A stretch of 64,000 nt of DNA, taken from a virus. Taxonomy: Duplodnaviria > Caudoviricetes. How positions within the stretch are numbered: position 1 is the stretch's first letter; every line of letters starts with the position of its first letter. The notes beneath the pieces were generated by a model, which saw nothing but the letters and a program-made list of their open reading frames with translations, did not search any database and had not been told where the DNA came from. Both the position numbers and the translations under genes were made by a program. Shown here one piece after another: positions 48,524 to 59,161 of the stretch. Location of the stretch: IMG/VR virus record IMGVR_UViG_3300037247_001786, positions 288,001-352,000 of that record, one strand, 5' to 3'.

Positions 48524-50600
48524 TAGTAAAGTTAAAGCAAGAAAGGGCTTTATGTTCGATAAAAAAATCATAAGAGTATATTACTTAACAAGGGACGAAC
48601 AAGGTAGAGTTGAGCTTTGGGAGTCAAAACCCGTTTTTGTTCATGCCGAAGATGGAAATGGTTTTTTTGTGGATGTAAGAAATCCAGAAAATCAGCTATC
48701 TCTCGATGATCCATTTAATAGAGTTCTCTCTCATAGAGTTCTTGTTTTGAATAGTACTTGTCAAACTGTTATAGTAAATATGACAAAAAAAGGCAGTACT
48801 ATATTGCTCGGCGAAACCTTTTCTTATAAAGAAAGTAAAGAATTATGCAAGATATAGATACAAAATATGCTAGTAAAGTGGATAAAGTTTTAAAGTCTTT
48901 AATAGTAGTTACGTCACTCGGAGCAGTTCTTTTCTATTTCTATTGTACTTATCAAACCAAATATGCAAAAATAGAAGTTGATGCTCTTGCTGTCGTTACT
49001 GAGGATATAGGCAGCCTCGTCAGGTCTCCATGGGATCAAAAGAAATATATTGACAAATATATCAAAGAAGGCTCTCCCCTATCTACATACAATGAGCCAT
49101 TTGGTTATTCGTATAGTTATTATAAATATGAAGATGATAAAATTATAGTATTGACTAGCGAGAGAGACAGAGCAAGTTGGTCTTTTGCAAGATATATCAG
49201 AGAAGGGCAACAAACTTATATCTATTTAAAAATGGATGAACCTATTTTGGTGTATCATAGTATGTTACCCGATAATTTTATAGATCCAACTCCCAGACGA
49301 TTAGAGAGAAATAGAGAGAACCTAATTTGTCATGAAGGTCAATGGATCGAGTATTTAGACGTTATAGCGGAAAAAAGGAAAAAGGATGTTCGCTCAAAAG
49401 CGAAAGCTGATGCTAAGAGGCTTAAGGCAGAATGGAGAGCCTCTCAAAAGCTTTCAAAAAAGCTTTCTAGGGATATGTCTGAAGAAGATAAGAAGAAACA
49501 AAAAGCCATCGAAGAGAAAGAACGCAAAGAGAAGATGACGGAAGAACAGAAAGAATCTGAACGTTTAGAAAAAGACACCACCTTGATAGATGATAGTCTT
49601 TTATTTCTCGCGGAGAAGAATAATGACGCAAAAATTGATAATTAAATTACTCATTCAAATTATTAGAAATCAAGTAAGATCTTTGAATAATCAGAGTATC
49701 ATCATCTCGACTTTAGATAGTCGTCCAGCCGCCGATATGGTTCATAAAAATTTAGAGCAAGTAGAGCAGTCAACATTACTGCTCGCTGAGGCGAAAGAAT
49801 TTATTGGAGAAGAATAATGGCTGACTATATTTGTTACGCTTGTGACGGATTAGAAGACAACCCCCCAAACTGCATTATCTCTAATTCTGGTTGGGGAAAG
49901 CCAACAATTTGCCCGTATGACGGCACAAGAAATTGTGATTTTAAAGAAAAAAAGGAAATAGTATTATGCCAACATCAAACGATAAGTTGCCAGAAGAGAT
50001 AACAGCGGAACTCGAAAAGTAATGACTGTCACGATAATACTAATAACGCTTGGTACTCTAAATCTTATTTTAGGCGTATTTAATTTTATAGCAAATAGAA
50101 AAGTTTTGGCAGAAGAGATAAAACAAAATAAAAGATTGAGAATAGATAATGAATAAATATGACTACTATAATTTGATACAGAGAGTATACACTCAAGGTA
50201 TAACTAAAGAGGGGCTTACTCCAAATCTTCTTGACGAAATAAGAAATGTTATAGAAGCAGATAAAATAAATGTTAACTGCGTATTTGGTATAGGCTACTA
50301 TCCAGAATATGAACCAGATGTGCTATGTGTTTTTATCTCTGATATGAAAGTTTGGAAAGAAGAAGGGTGCTGTTCAGATTATTCTACAGATGAAGTTTAC
50401 GAAGCTTTAACTACTATGGGTTTTCGTGAGCAAGAAGATGGTATCTGGGCGACAGGTGATATCGGTTTTGATAAAGAAGATGGGCGAACAATTAGGATCA
50501 ATCAATTGAGTAGAGAAAAAATATACGAAAAATTATCAAACTTAGGATTTCATTACGACGAAAAATTTGAATATTTTATGATGGACGTTTAAATTTTATC

Positions 50601-50629
50601 TTGTAAGTGATTTTTTGATATGCTATCAT
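50601..50629 (+). promoter_or_regulatory. Sigma70-like promoter
   Basis: TTGTAAGTGATT...TGn TATCAT, 17-nt spacer. Confidence 0.6.
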
Positions 50630-50691
50630 ATTAGTATGAAAACGATGTATCTCATTTTAACAGCTTTGATAGCTATATTGGCAATGGTCGT

Positions 50692-51081
50692 TTGGAATAT
50701 TATAGGGTAATAATGGGAATTAATGGACTTACATTACAACATGCTTGGTGGGTACCTGTAACTATATTTTATTATATTGTATATAGTTGGTTGTCCAAGT
50801 ACCAGAACGACCACGCTCTTGATGGAGACGTATGGTATAAGCAGTTTCAGTTCTGGTTGATGTTCGCTTGGGGGGCTTTGTGTCCTCTCTGGTTAGTTAT
50901 CAGTCGAATATCTAAAAATATAACTTTCGACGGGATGCTATATGACAATATAATGTTTTTAACATTTGTTGGGACAATGGCGGTAATGGGAGCAGGAAGT
51001 AAATTTGAGGCTCATCAGTGGATAGGGGTTGCTTTAATAGTTTTCGGCTCTATATTAATGAGAGTAGAATTGCAAGGGTAA
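50692..51081 (+). CDS. Small multi-TM membrane protein (possibly DMT/EamA-like)
   Basis: Four hydrophobic segments, C-terminal QWIGVALIVFGSILM. Confidence 0.45.
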   Translation: MEYYRVIMGINGLTLQHAWWVPVTIFYYIVYSWLSKYQNDHALDGDVWYKQFQFWLMFAWGALCPLWLVISRISKNITFDGMLYDNIMFLTFVGTMAVMGAGSKFEAHQWIGVALIVFGSILMRVELQG

Positions 51082-51334
51082 CGATGATAGTTAGAAAATC
51101 AAAAAAAACTAAAGAGGAGTCAAAATGTTAGCAAGTATATTAATGATGGCTATATCAATAGCCTTATGGAAGGTATTGTTAGGTATAACGATAGTCACTC
51201 TTTTTATCGCTATTTATTTAGAGAATAAAGAAACGGCATCGTATATCCAGATCCCTGTTTGGATTCCTATATGGTTGTTTTGGAATCTTGTAATGTGGCT
51301 TATTTATTTTATAATTAATTAGAAAGACAGTAAA

Positions 51335-51763
51335 ATGTCAAAAGTAAGATTACTTGCTACTTATCCAGCAGAAGAGATACTTTCTCAAGTAAAGGATAAG
51401 GCGAAAATAGAGTTGACTGTGGGAGAGGAAACATACTCTTTGGCGTTATGCTCTGTACGTTTAAAAACGTTTAAAAGAAGTCCCGTATGTGTTTGTTGCG
51501 GCAAAAAAGGGACACTTATGGGATTAGACCTACCTTGTGGACACAATAAGCCTCATCTTAATCTCTATCACATAAGCAGAAAAGGAAAACCTTTGCTAAT
51601 GACCAGAGATCACATTATACCGAGATGTCTCGGAGGTAGAAATCATATCTCTAATATGCAAACTATGTGTACTGTTTGTAATGGGAAAAAGGGGTCTAAA
51701 ACTCCTGAAGAATATGAAATTTATTTAAAAGCCAGAAGAGATTCAAAGCCTAAAAAACGTTAA
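51335..51763 (+). CDS. HNH endonuclease
   Basis: CVCC, TRDHIIPRCLGG, NMQTMCTVCNGKKG. Confidence 0.85.
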   Translation: MSKVRLLATYPAEEILSQVKDKAKIELTVGEETYSLALCSVRLKTFKRSPVCVCCGKKGTLMGLDLPCGHNKPHLNLYHISRKGKPLLMTRDHIIPRCLGGRNHISNMQTMCTVCNGKKGSKTPEEYEIYLKARRDSKPKKR

Positions 51764-52324
51764 AAGGATAAAATTATGCTTGACTTAATTGCGATAAATG
51801 AGAGAGAAACCCTTCGAATTGTAAAAAGGGGAAAGTTGTATATTTTCCAGGTATATGTTTTGGGAGAATGGGGACCTTCTAAAGAAACAGATAAAGAATG
51901 GTTAGCCTCTAAGTGGATATTGCAATTTGATATGAGGGTATCTACTGACTATCCAACTATCGAAGAGATAAAAAATCAACAAAAATAATTTGCCAGAGTG
52001 TGAAAAAACATAATTTATATAGTTGAAAGGATATAAGATGATTTGTAAATTTAGAAGAGCAATAGTTATTGAAGCTATAAGATTTGAAGATACTAAAGAA
52101 AGTTTCGACGAGATAAGAGCTTGGGTAGGAGATAACTTTTATTATGATTATCAAAATGCTCCAAGAGTTTTCCTTAAAGATGCCGATGGAAGGGGAATGC
52201 CTATAAATGAGAATGATTGGGTAGTTAAAGAAGAGAATATCTTCTTAGTTCGTTCCGATACAGACATGAGCTATTTTACAAAAATGTCACATGATGAGAA
52301 AGCCATCTTTAAGAGATATGAGTA

Positions 52325-52777
52325 ATGAAGCCTTATAGGAAATTTAAAAATTTTCAGATAAGATGGAAAGAAGCATTAGGTAGACCAGAATGTCCTTATC
52401 TTTATAGATGGACATTCTTATTCTTCGGTTTTTCTATAAGAATTCATCACTGGTTAAAGTCCGATGATAGGAGATATTTTCACGATCATAGCGGAGACCT
52501 TATTTCGATGGTCGTCAAAGGTATTTATAAGAACGTAGTTCCTGACCCTGACAGCCCTGATGGTAAGAGGGAGATTCAAGTCAAAAGATGGAGACCTTGG
52601 AAGTTTAAGGCAGAAGAAAGACATTATCTCGACATACCTAAAGAAGGTGCTTGGACATTATTGTTATTTTGGCCGAAAAGAAGAAACTGGGGCTTCTGGG
52701 ATAGAGAAAATCATATGTTGAGACCTCTAGAATATTTTCACAGACATGGCATAATACAAGATGAGAATTACCAGTAA
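52325..52777 (+). CDS. Cupin-like phage protein
   Basis: IHHWLKSDD...FHDH, E.RHY, WTL, R.WGFW. Confidence 0.55.
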   Translation: MKPYRKFKNFQIRWKEALGRPECPYLYRWTFLFFGFSIRIHHWLKSDDRRYFHDHSGDLISMVVKGIYKNVVPDPDSPDGKREIQVKRWRPWKFKAEERHYLDIPKEGAWTLLLFWPKRRNWGFWDRENHMLRPLEYFHRHGIIQDENYQ

Positions 52778-53252
52778 GGAATAATCTTATGGGCATTATT
52801 ATTACATTAGGTATTTTGGCATTTATTGCTGCTTGCGTCGCCGCGAATGCCGATGACGACAGTAACGTTTTCTATAAACAGCAATGGTATAACGATGCTG
52901 CGAAAGAGTTCGGAGAGGATTACTATTATCCTCCATCTACTCATAGGAGCATTATGAATTCTTCTGGTACCGTTATTCGAAATTCACAACATTATCGACC
53001 AGTTAGAAGTTCAACTTACTCATCTGCTTTTGACAAACTGACTCCCTGGTTTATTGATACCAAAGCCGTTTACAACGGAGGATGCGAAAAGTTGTTAGAA
53101 AGAAAATTTAATTAATAGATATTTTGGTTCTTTAAAAAGAGTGTCAAGAGATGAATACTGATAACGAATAGATGTGATTTTAAGATATTTAAAGGATTTT
53201 AAGCATTTTCTCTTAATTATAGTTATAATAAAACTATTTTAGGAGAAAAATT

Positions 53253-54134
53253 ATGGAAGATCGTTTTATCGGCAAGCGTATTGGAAGAGTTGTAGTATTA
53301 AAGCAGATTGGTGTCAAAAAGAAAAGAAAAGCTTACGAATGCCTATGTTCTTGTGGGAAAAAAGATATATTAAGTTCTGATCAATTATCAAGAAATAAGA
53401 ATCCTGGGTGTAAGAAATGTAGCCGTAGAATTAAATTTACAGATTTAAAAGGGCAAAGATTTAACAAATTAGTAGTTATAAAAGAAGATGTAAGTTATAA
53501 AGGTAACGGGGTAAAATGGCATTGCCTCTGTGACTGTGGGAATAAGACAGTCGTTTTGTCGGGGTCATTAAAAAACGGACATACAAAATCTTGCAGTTGC
53601 TTACAAAAAGAAAAAGTCAGTAAAATAAAAGTTAATTTAACAGGACAGAAATTTGGGAAATTAACAGTTATAAAAAAAGAGCCCGAGAACGCTAAGTGGC
53701 TGTGCAAGTGTGAATGTGGCAATGAAGTTATTACTCGCTCAACGTCTTTGTACTCTGGGGCGACGAAGTCTTGCGGTTGTATTCGTATAGAAATGCACAC
53801 CGGCCCAAATAGTAGATTTTGGAAAGGTGGTATAACTTTAATTAATAGGGGTATTAAAAAATCTTCTAAATATTGGAAGTGGGTAAGATATGTAAAAAAA
53901 AGAGATCAATATACTTGCCAATGTTGTTCTTTGCAAGCAATTAGTAAGAAATTACATGCTCATCATATAAGAAATTTTGCTGATAATATTGATGTAGCTT
54001 TTGATACTAATAATGGGATTACTCTATGTGAGGGATGCCATAAAAAATTTCATGCTGTTTATGGAAAAATTAAAACAGATAATAAACAATTAACGGAATT
54101 TATTAAAAATGAAAAAATCAAAAATAAAACTTGA
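53253..54134 (+). mobile_element. Free-standing HNH homing endonuclease with repeated CxCxCG DNA-binding modules
   Basis: Three L.G.(R/K)(F/I)..(L/V).V...C.C.CG repeats, WKGG, CQCC, HAHHI, NGITLCEGCHKKFH; very AT-rich. Confidence 0.85.
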
Positions 54135-55113
54135 AGATATTGGTTTCTATACCTTATATGAAGAGAGGTGTAAATATGCTAATGCGACAAGCCCTATGAT
54201 TAGAGCGGAACTTATTATAACTAGTTTTTGTAATTTTAATTGTCCCTACTGCCGAGGTATGAGAGAAGAATGTAGAGGCGACATGTCATTATTCCAAGCT
54301 CTTCGAACCATTTATTTTTGGACAGATGATAACCTCAAAAACATTCGCTTCTCAGGAGGAGAGCCAACTCTTCATAAAGGTTTAATGGATATGGTTCGCT
54401 ATGCTAAAGAAAGAGGAGTAGAAAGAATTGCTCTCTCCACAAATGGTAGTGCGAAAACAGAATTATATGATGAACTTGTCGAAGCTGGCGTTAACGATTT
54501 CTCGATTTCTTTAGATGCCTGCTGCTCAACTTATGCAGATAAAATGGCTGGCGTTGACGGTCAGTTCCAAAAAATTATTGATAATATTAAGTATCTTTCA
54601 GAGAAGACTTATGTAACTGTCGGCGTTGTGTTTACCGAAGAAACTGTTGATAGTATTGTAGAGGTTATACAATTGGCTAATGACTTGGGCGTATCTGATA
54701 TTCGTATCATCTCTGCTGCTCAAGAGAGTGAAACATATTTCAAATTTTCAAAGTCAGTTTCTGTCTTCGGCACAGGTTTCAGAAAGAGATATCCTATATT
54801 AGCGTATAGGTTAGAAAATATCGAAGAAAATGTTCCTGTCAGAGGTTTGATAGAGAGCGATTCTCATAGATGCGGTTTGATGACAGATGACAGTATGGTT
54901 GCTGGTAAGTGGCATTATCCTTGCATCATACATTTCAGAGAGGGAGGAGACCCTATCGGAGAAGTTGGTCCTAATATGAGAAAAGAGAGAATAGATTGGT
55001 TAAAGACACATGATACCCACTCTGATCCTATCTGCAAAAAAAATTGTTTGGATGTATGCGTAGCATATAATAACAGATTCGCAAAATATTCTGGCATGAG
55101 AAAGAATATTTAA
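54109..55113 (+). CDS. Radical SAM enzyme
   Basis: CNFNCPYC, FSGGEPT, STNG, ISLD; C-terminal Cys cluster. Confidence 0.9.
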   Translation: MKKSKIKLEDIGFYTLYEERCKYANATSPMIRAELIITSFCNFNCPYCRGMREECRGDMSLFQALRTIYFWTDDNLKNIRFSGGEPTLHKGLMDMVRYAKERGVERIALSTNGSAKTELYDELVEAGVNDFSISLDACCSTYADKMAGVDGQFQKIIDNIKYLSEKTYVTVGVVFTEETVDSIVEVIQLANDLGVSDIRIISAAQESETYFKFSKSVSVFGTGFRKRYPILAYRLENIEENVPVRGLIESDSHRCGLMTDDSMVAGKWHYPCIIHFREGGDPIGEVGPNMRKERIDWLKTHDTHSDPICKKNCLDVCVAYNNRFAKYSGMRKNI

Positions 55114-55114
55114 C

Positions 55115-55143
55115 TTGAAAGTGATTTTTAAATATGATATAGT
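55115..55143 (+). promoter_or_regulatory. Sigma70-like promoter upstream of a small TM ORF and the tRNA
   Basis: TTGAAAGTGATT...TGn TATAGT, 17-nt spacer. Confidence 0.65.
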
Positions 55144-55373
55144 ATTGTTTTAAGATAAAAGGAGATAAATATGTTATATATTTTAGTTGGTATCGTTTGG
55201 GGAATATTCTCTGTAAAAATGCAGCAAAAGTTCCATCCTACTTGCAGCGATAAAAGAGATTTAGCCATTAACTTTATTGTTAATGGGGTGATATGGCCTA
55301 TCAGTATGGTTGTCGCCGCTTATCGTTATTTCACTAAAACTGGTTGGGCAAAGAATTTATAGTATTGTAATAA

Positions 55374-55530
55374 CGGCTCGTACCTCAGAGGACAGAGGGT
55401 CTAGCTCATGTAGTCATGTCCATGCCTAATTTCGAAATACGGCTAAGGAGAAGACGGAGTCATTCTAGAATAAGACTTTAATACGTGAGAACTACTAGAA
55501 AGTCGCAGTGTTCGAATCCTGCCGGGCCGA
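55374..55530 (+). tRNA. tRNA with CAU anticodon (Met/Ile2 type) interrupted by an ~83-nt insert in the anticodon loop
   Basis: Acceptor CGGCUCG/CGGGCCG+A; D-arm CCUC/GAGG; anticodon stem UCUAG(55400-55404)/CUAGA(55495-55499); CU-CAU at 55405-55409; T-loop UUCGAAU. Confidence 0.75.
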
Positions 55531-55769
55531 TTTTTTTGGAAAGGAAAGTGTTATGGCTAGTTTTATATGTTTATTAATTATAGCGGGATTAATTTATTGT
55601 TTCGTAAATAAGGACAACGAAATAGTAGAGTGCATAGTCGCTGCAATCGTAACTATCTTTTTACTATTGGTAGCTTTGATCATTGCTTATTTTCCTTATA
55701 TTCTTATCGCATGTGCAGTAGTCCTCCTTGCTAAAGGTTGTTAGCAAAGAGGAAGAAAGGTAATGTCGT

Positions 55770-56633
55770 ATGAAGATACAAACTTTTTCAATAGTAATAG
55801 GTGATAAAAGATGTAATGCTAGATGCCCTTATTGCGTTTCTAAAATGACGGGCGATGAAGGGCTTGAGTGCGGTTCTCAAGGCATCAATTACAGAAACCT
55901 TAAGAAGGCTTGTGAGTTCGCAAAGATGTCAGGAGTTAGTACTATACTGCTAACTGGTAAAGGAGAGCCTTTACTCCATATAGATCAAATCACAGAATAT
56001 CTCCGTTTAATAGATGGATATAATTTCCCATTTATCGAATTACAAACCAATGGGATAAAACTGTCTGAACCCGTAACTCAATCCACACTTGGACTTTGGT
56101 ATAGCCTCGGATTAACTACTGTATCTCTCTCTTGTGTTCATTGGGACGATAGCTATAATCAAAGAATTTTCGGCAAAAATTATGGTTCTTTAAAAGAATA
56201 TGTTGACATATTACATGATAATTTTCTTTCTGTAAGATTAAGTTGCGTAATGTGTAAAGGTTATATTCATAATCTTCAAATGGTTCAAGCTTTTGCCAGA
56301 ACATGTAAGAGATGGGGAGTTGAGCAGTTTACTGTACGTCCAGTTAATTATGCTACTGGAGGTAACGAGAAGATAGAAAACTGGGTCAGAGACCATTTTG
56401 TAACTGAAGGTATGATGAATAGCATTGAGAGATTTCTTGATAGGAGTAAAGAATCTACTCTATTATTAGAACTCGCTCATGGAGCGAAAGTGTATGATTA
56501 TATGGGTCAGAACCTCTCCTTAAGTTCTTGCTTGACTAGTAGTCCTAATCCAGATGATATAAGACAACTAATATTTTTTCCAGACGGGCACTTGAAATAT
56601 TCTTGGACCGAGGCTGGAGCAATTTTATTTTAG
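55770..56633 (+). CDS. Radical SAM enzyme
   Basis: CNARCPYC, LTGKGEP, QTNG. Confidence 0.88.
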   Translation: MKIQTFSIVIGDKRCNARCPYCVSKMTGDEGLECGSQGINYRNLKKACEFAKMSGVSTILLTGKGEPLLHIDQITEYLRLIDGYNFPFIELQTNGIKLSEPVTQSTLGLWYSLGLTTVSLSCVHWDDSYNQRIFGKNYGSLKEYVDILHDNFLSVRLSCVMCKGYIHNLQMVQAFARTCKRWGVEQFTVRPVNYATGGNEKIENWVRDHFVTEGMMNSIERFLDRSKESTLLLELAHGAKVYDYMGQNLSLSSCLTSSPNPDDIRQLIFFPDGHLKYSWTEAGAILF

Positions 56634-56855
56634 AAAGGTTTTACAATGTTATTTACGATAGCCATGTCAGCAGTCGGTTTGATAATCGTTCTATCAATAT
56701 TATGTCAATCCAACGATTTTTTAGATTGGGTTGTGAGGCTTGATGATCCTGAGTGGTCAGAATTATATAAGGAGAAACTACCTGATATCATCAGAGCGAG
56801 AGATAGTATAAGAAACCGCAAAGAAGAACTAAAATGGGGTAAATAGATTTTTTAC

Positions 56856-56884
56856 TTGAAAGTGTTTTAGTTTTCCCCTAAAAT
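56856..56884 (+). promoter_or_regulatory. Sigma70-like promoter
   Basis: TTGAAAGTGTTT...TAAAAT, 17-nt spacer. Confidence 0.6.
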
Positions 56885-57885
56885 AGGAAATAGTTATTTA
56901 ATAGGATAAAAAATATGACAATAGTATGTAAATATTTTATAATGTTTGTCATCGTCTCTACTCTATCCCTTGTGGATAAGTTTAAGGATGACCCTCATAT
57001 GGATAGTTTCGAGAAATTCATATCAGTATTAGTTTCTTTACTGTACGGATTATTATGGCCTATTACGATATGGGTAAGTGCCGTTCAATGGATAGTTTCA
57101 AAAGAGATTCCTGCTTGGGCAGAAGTTCTAATGAACGCCTTAAAATCTATTACTAAATTTATAACGAATAAGTTGCCGGAGTAAGATATGAAAATCGAAG
57201 AAAATTTACAACTTTTCTGGGATGATATAAGATTTAAAAATGGATTATTTGGTTTAATCGTAGGGTCTATTTTTCTCATTATGATAACCGCTTTTGTCGC
57301 CGGTACTACTTTTTTTATTATAACGTCTAACATTGATTTCTTGGGGTTATCTGCTGGTATCGGACTTGTTTTCTTTATGATATCTTCGTATGGTCAAAAT
57401 AGAAAGATACAGGAGTTAGAAAATACTATCAAAGAGCAGAAAAACTCGCACCGGGGAACCGATAGAAGATTTAGCGTGGATAGAAAAGTTAGTGTGAAGA
57501 ATATAGACGCACAGATGAAGGAGATGAATGAAGAAGATAGGTAAAAAGATATTAAGTTTTTATGCTGAATGCTCTCAAGAGGTCTCGGAAAAAAGAAAGA
57601 TAAGGAAACAAAAAAGAGAGGCAAAGGCGGAGCAAGAAAGACTCTTACAAGAAAGAAGAGAGTCCGCTTTTTGCCCTCATTGTAATACTCAACATACTTC
57701 TTCTTATTACTATTCTCATAGTACTAAGAAAGAAGATATCGAGATAAGAGAAGAACATGTCCACCGTCATATAAATTTTTTAAAGTGTTCTGAATGTAAA
57801 TGTTTATTTGGAGTAGAGGGTAGGTATTGCTTTGTGCATAGTCTTGATCTATCGAGAACGACTTTTAAACTAGAGGATAGGGAAA

Positions 57886-58248
57886 ATGTTTAACTGGTTT
57901 AAGAAAAAAGATAATAGAGAAAAAATAGTTCTTAATGTAGTAGATTTTTCTGTGTCACCTGGAGCTAGGTATATCGCTGATGGAGATTTCTCAGGTGAGT
58001 TATTTAGAAAAAATTATCTATATCCGAAATTAGCTGAGGCAATGTGTAACGATAAGATTTTAGTCGTTTGTTTAGATGGAGGTTATGGATATGGTGTCGC
58101 ATTTTTAGAAGAAGCTTTTGGCGGATTAGTAAGGGTTGAGGGAGAATCAGCCGTAGAGATAAAAAATCACCTTGAAATAATATCCGATGAAGAGCCTAAT
58201 CTTATTAATGAAGTTATGAATTATTTAGATGAAGCAAAATTAATATAA
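57886..58248 (+). CDS. STAS-like (DUF4325-type) protein
   Basis: FSVSPGARY..DGDFSGELFR, LDGGYGYGVAFLEEAFGGLVR. Confidence 0.75.
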   Translation: MFNWFKKKDNREKIVLNVVDFSVSPGARYIADGDFSGELFRKNYLYPKLAEAMCNDKILVVCLDGGYGYGVAFLEEAFGGLVRVEGESAVEIKNHLEIISDEEPNLINEVMNYLDEAKLI

Positions 58249-58705
58249 GGACAAATAGCATGGTAGAAATACTTATAGAAATGACAGAGGAACAAAAGGC
58301 TTCTTTAGATGAAATTGCTAAAGAACTCGGGACAACAGATGTCGAAACTTTTCAGGCATCATTGGACATACTAAAACATATGATGGCAGAAACGAAAAAT
58401 GGAGATGTGAGGGCGGTAAGAGAGATGAGTGAACTTATAAATAATATAAAAAAGGCAAAGAAAAATGTTTAACTGGTTGCGTAAGAGAAGAGAAATAAAA
58501 AAGATTAAAGCTATAAGAGCGAATCTCGATAAAGCAGTTGGTGAATTGGAAACGATACGAGATCGAACAATTATCGGAGAATCCCTTGAAGAATTTCATA
58601 TCACAGAAACGATTGTTAATCTCTATAAAGTAATCGAGGAAATAGATAAAGAAGTAGATGACAGGACGAGAGTAAGGAAGTCCATCTTCCAGGAGAAAGA
58701 CTGTA

Positions 58706-59161
58706 ATGAACATGAAATTTAACAATATGTTCCAAAAAGCATTAGATACTATGAAGAACGGTATCGTCAATATCACTAAAGATATGCAATCTGAAGAAAA
58801 AGTTAAAACTATCAAGATAAGGAAAAGTAATAATATGAATGTTAGTACCGTAACTATAAATGGTTCTCATATATTTCAAACTTCTAATTGTATTCAAATT
58901 AATATAGAAGGAGACGTTCACTCGGTAGACTCTCAAGGCTCTGTAACTTGTGAGAATGTTACTGGTGATGTTAATACTCAAGGATCAGTTACTTGTCACG
59001 ATGTTGGAGGCGAGGTGGACACTCAAGGCTCTGTAAGGTGCGAGAATGTTAAAGGGTCTATTAGTACTATGGGGTCGGTAAGGGCAAATGACGTTTACGG
59101 AGATATAGATACAATGGGAACGGTTACAGTTAATAGGAGAAAACAACATGGTATGTCTTAG
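58706..59161 (+). CDS. Beta-helix repeat protein
   Basis: Five tandem ~16-aa repeats V.GDV(D/N)(T/S)QGSV.C. Confidence 0.7.
   Translation: MNMKFNNMFQKALDTMKNGIVNITKDMQSEEKVKTIKIRKSNNMNVSTVTINGSHIFQTSNCIQINIEGDVHSVDSQGSVTCENVTGDVNTQGSVTCHDVGGEVDTQGSVRCENVKGSISTMGSVRANDVYGDIDTMGTVTVNRRKQHGMS

Noticed and set aside
53116-54134. HNH gene as part of a self-splicing intron
   Set aside because: Neither flanking gene looks interrupted, and the AT-rich 53116-53252 spacer shows no intron core; treated as free-standing.
55407-55489. Group I intron after U33 ending in omega-G (55489)
   Set aside because: Far too short for a catalytic core, and splicing there would give an implausible AAC anticodon with U37.
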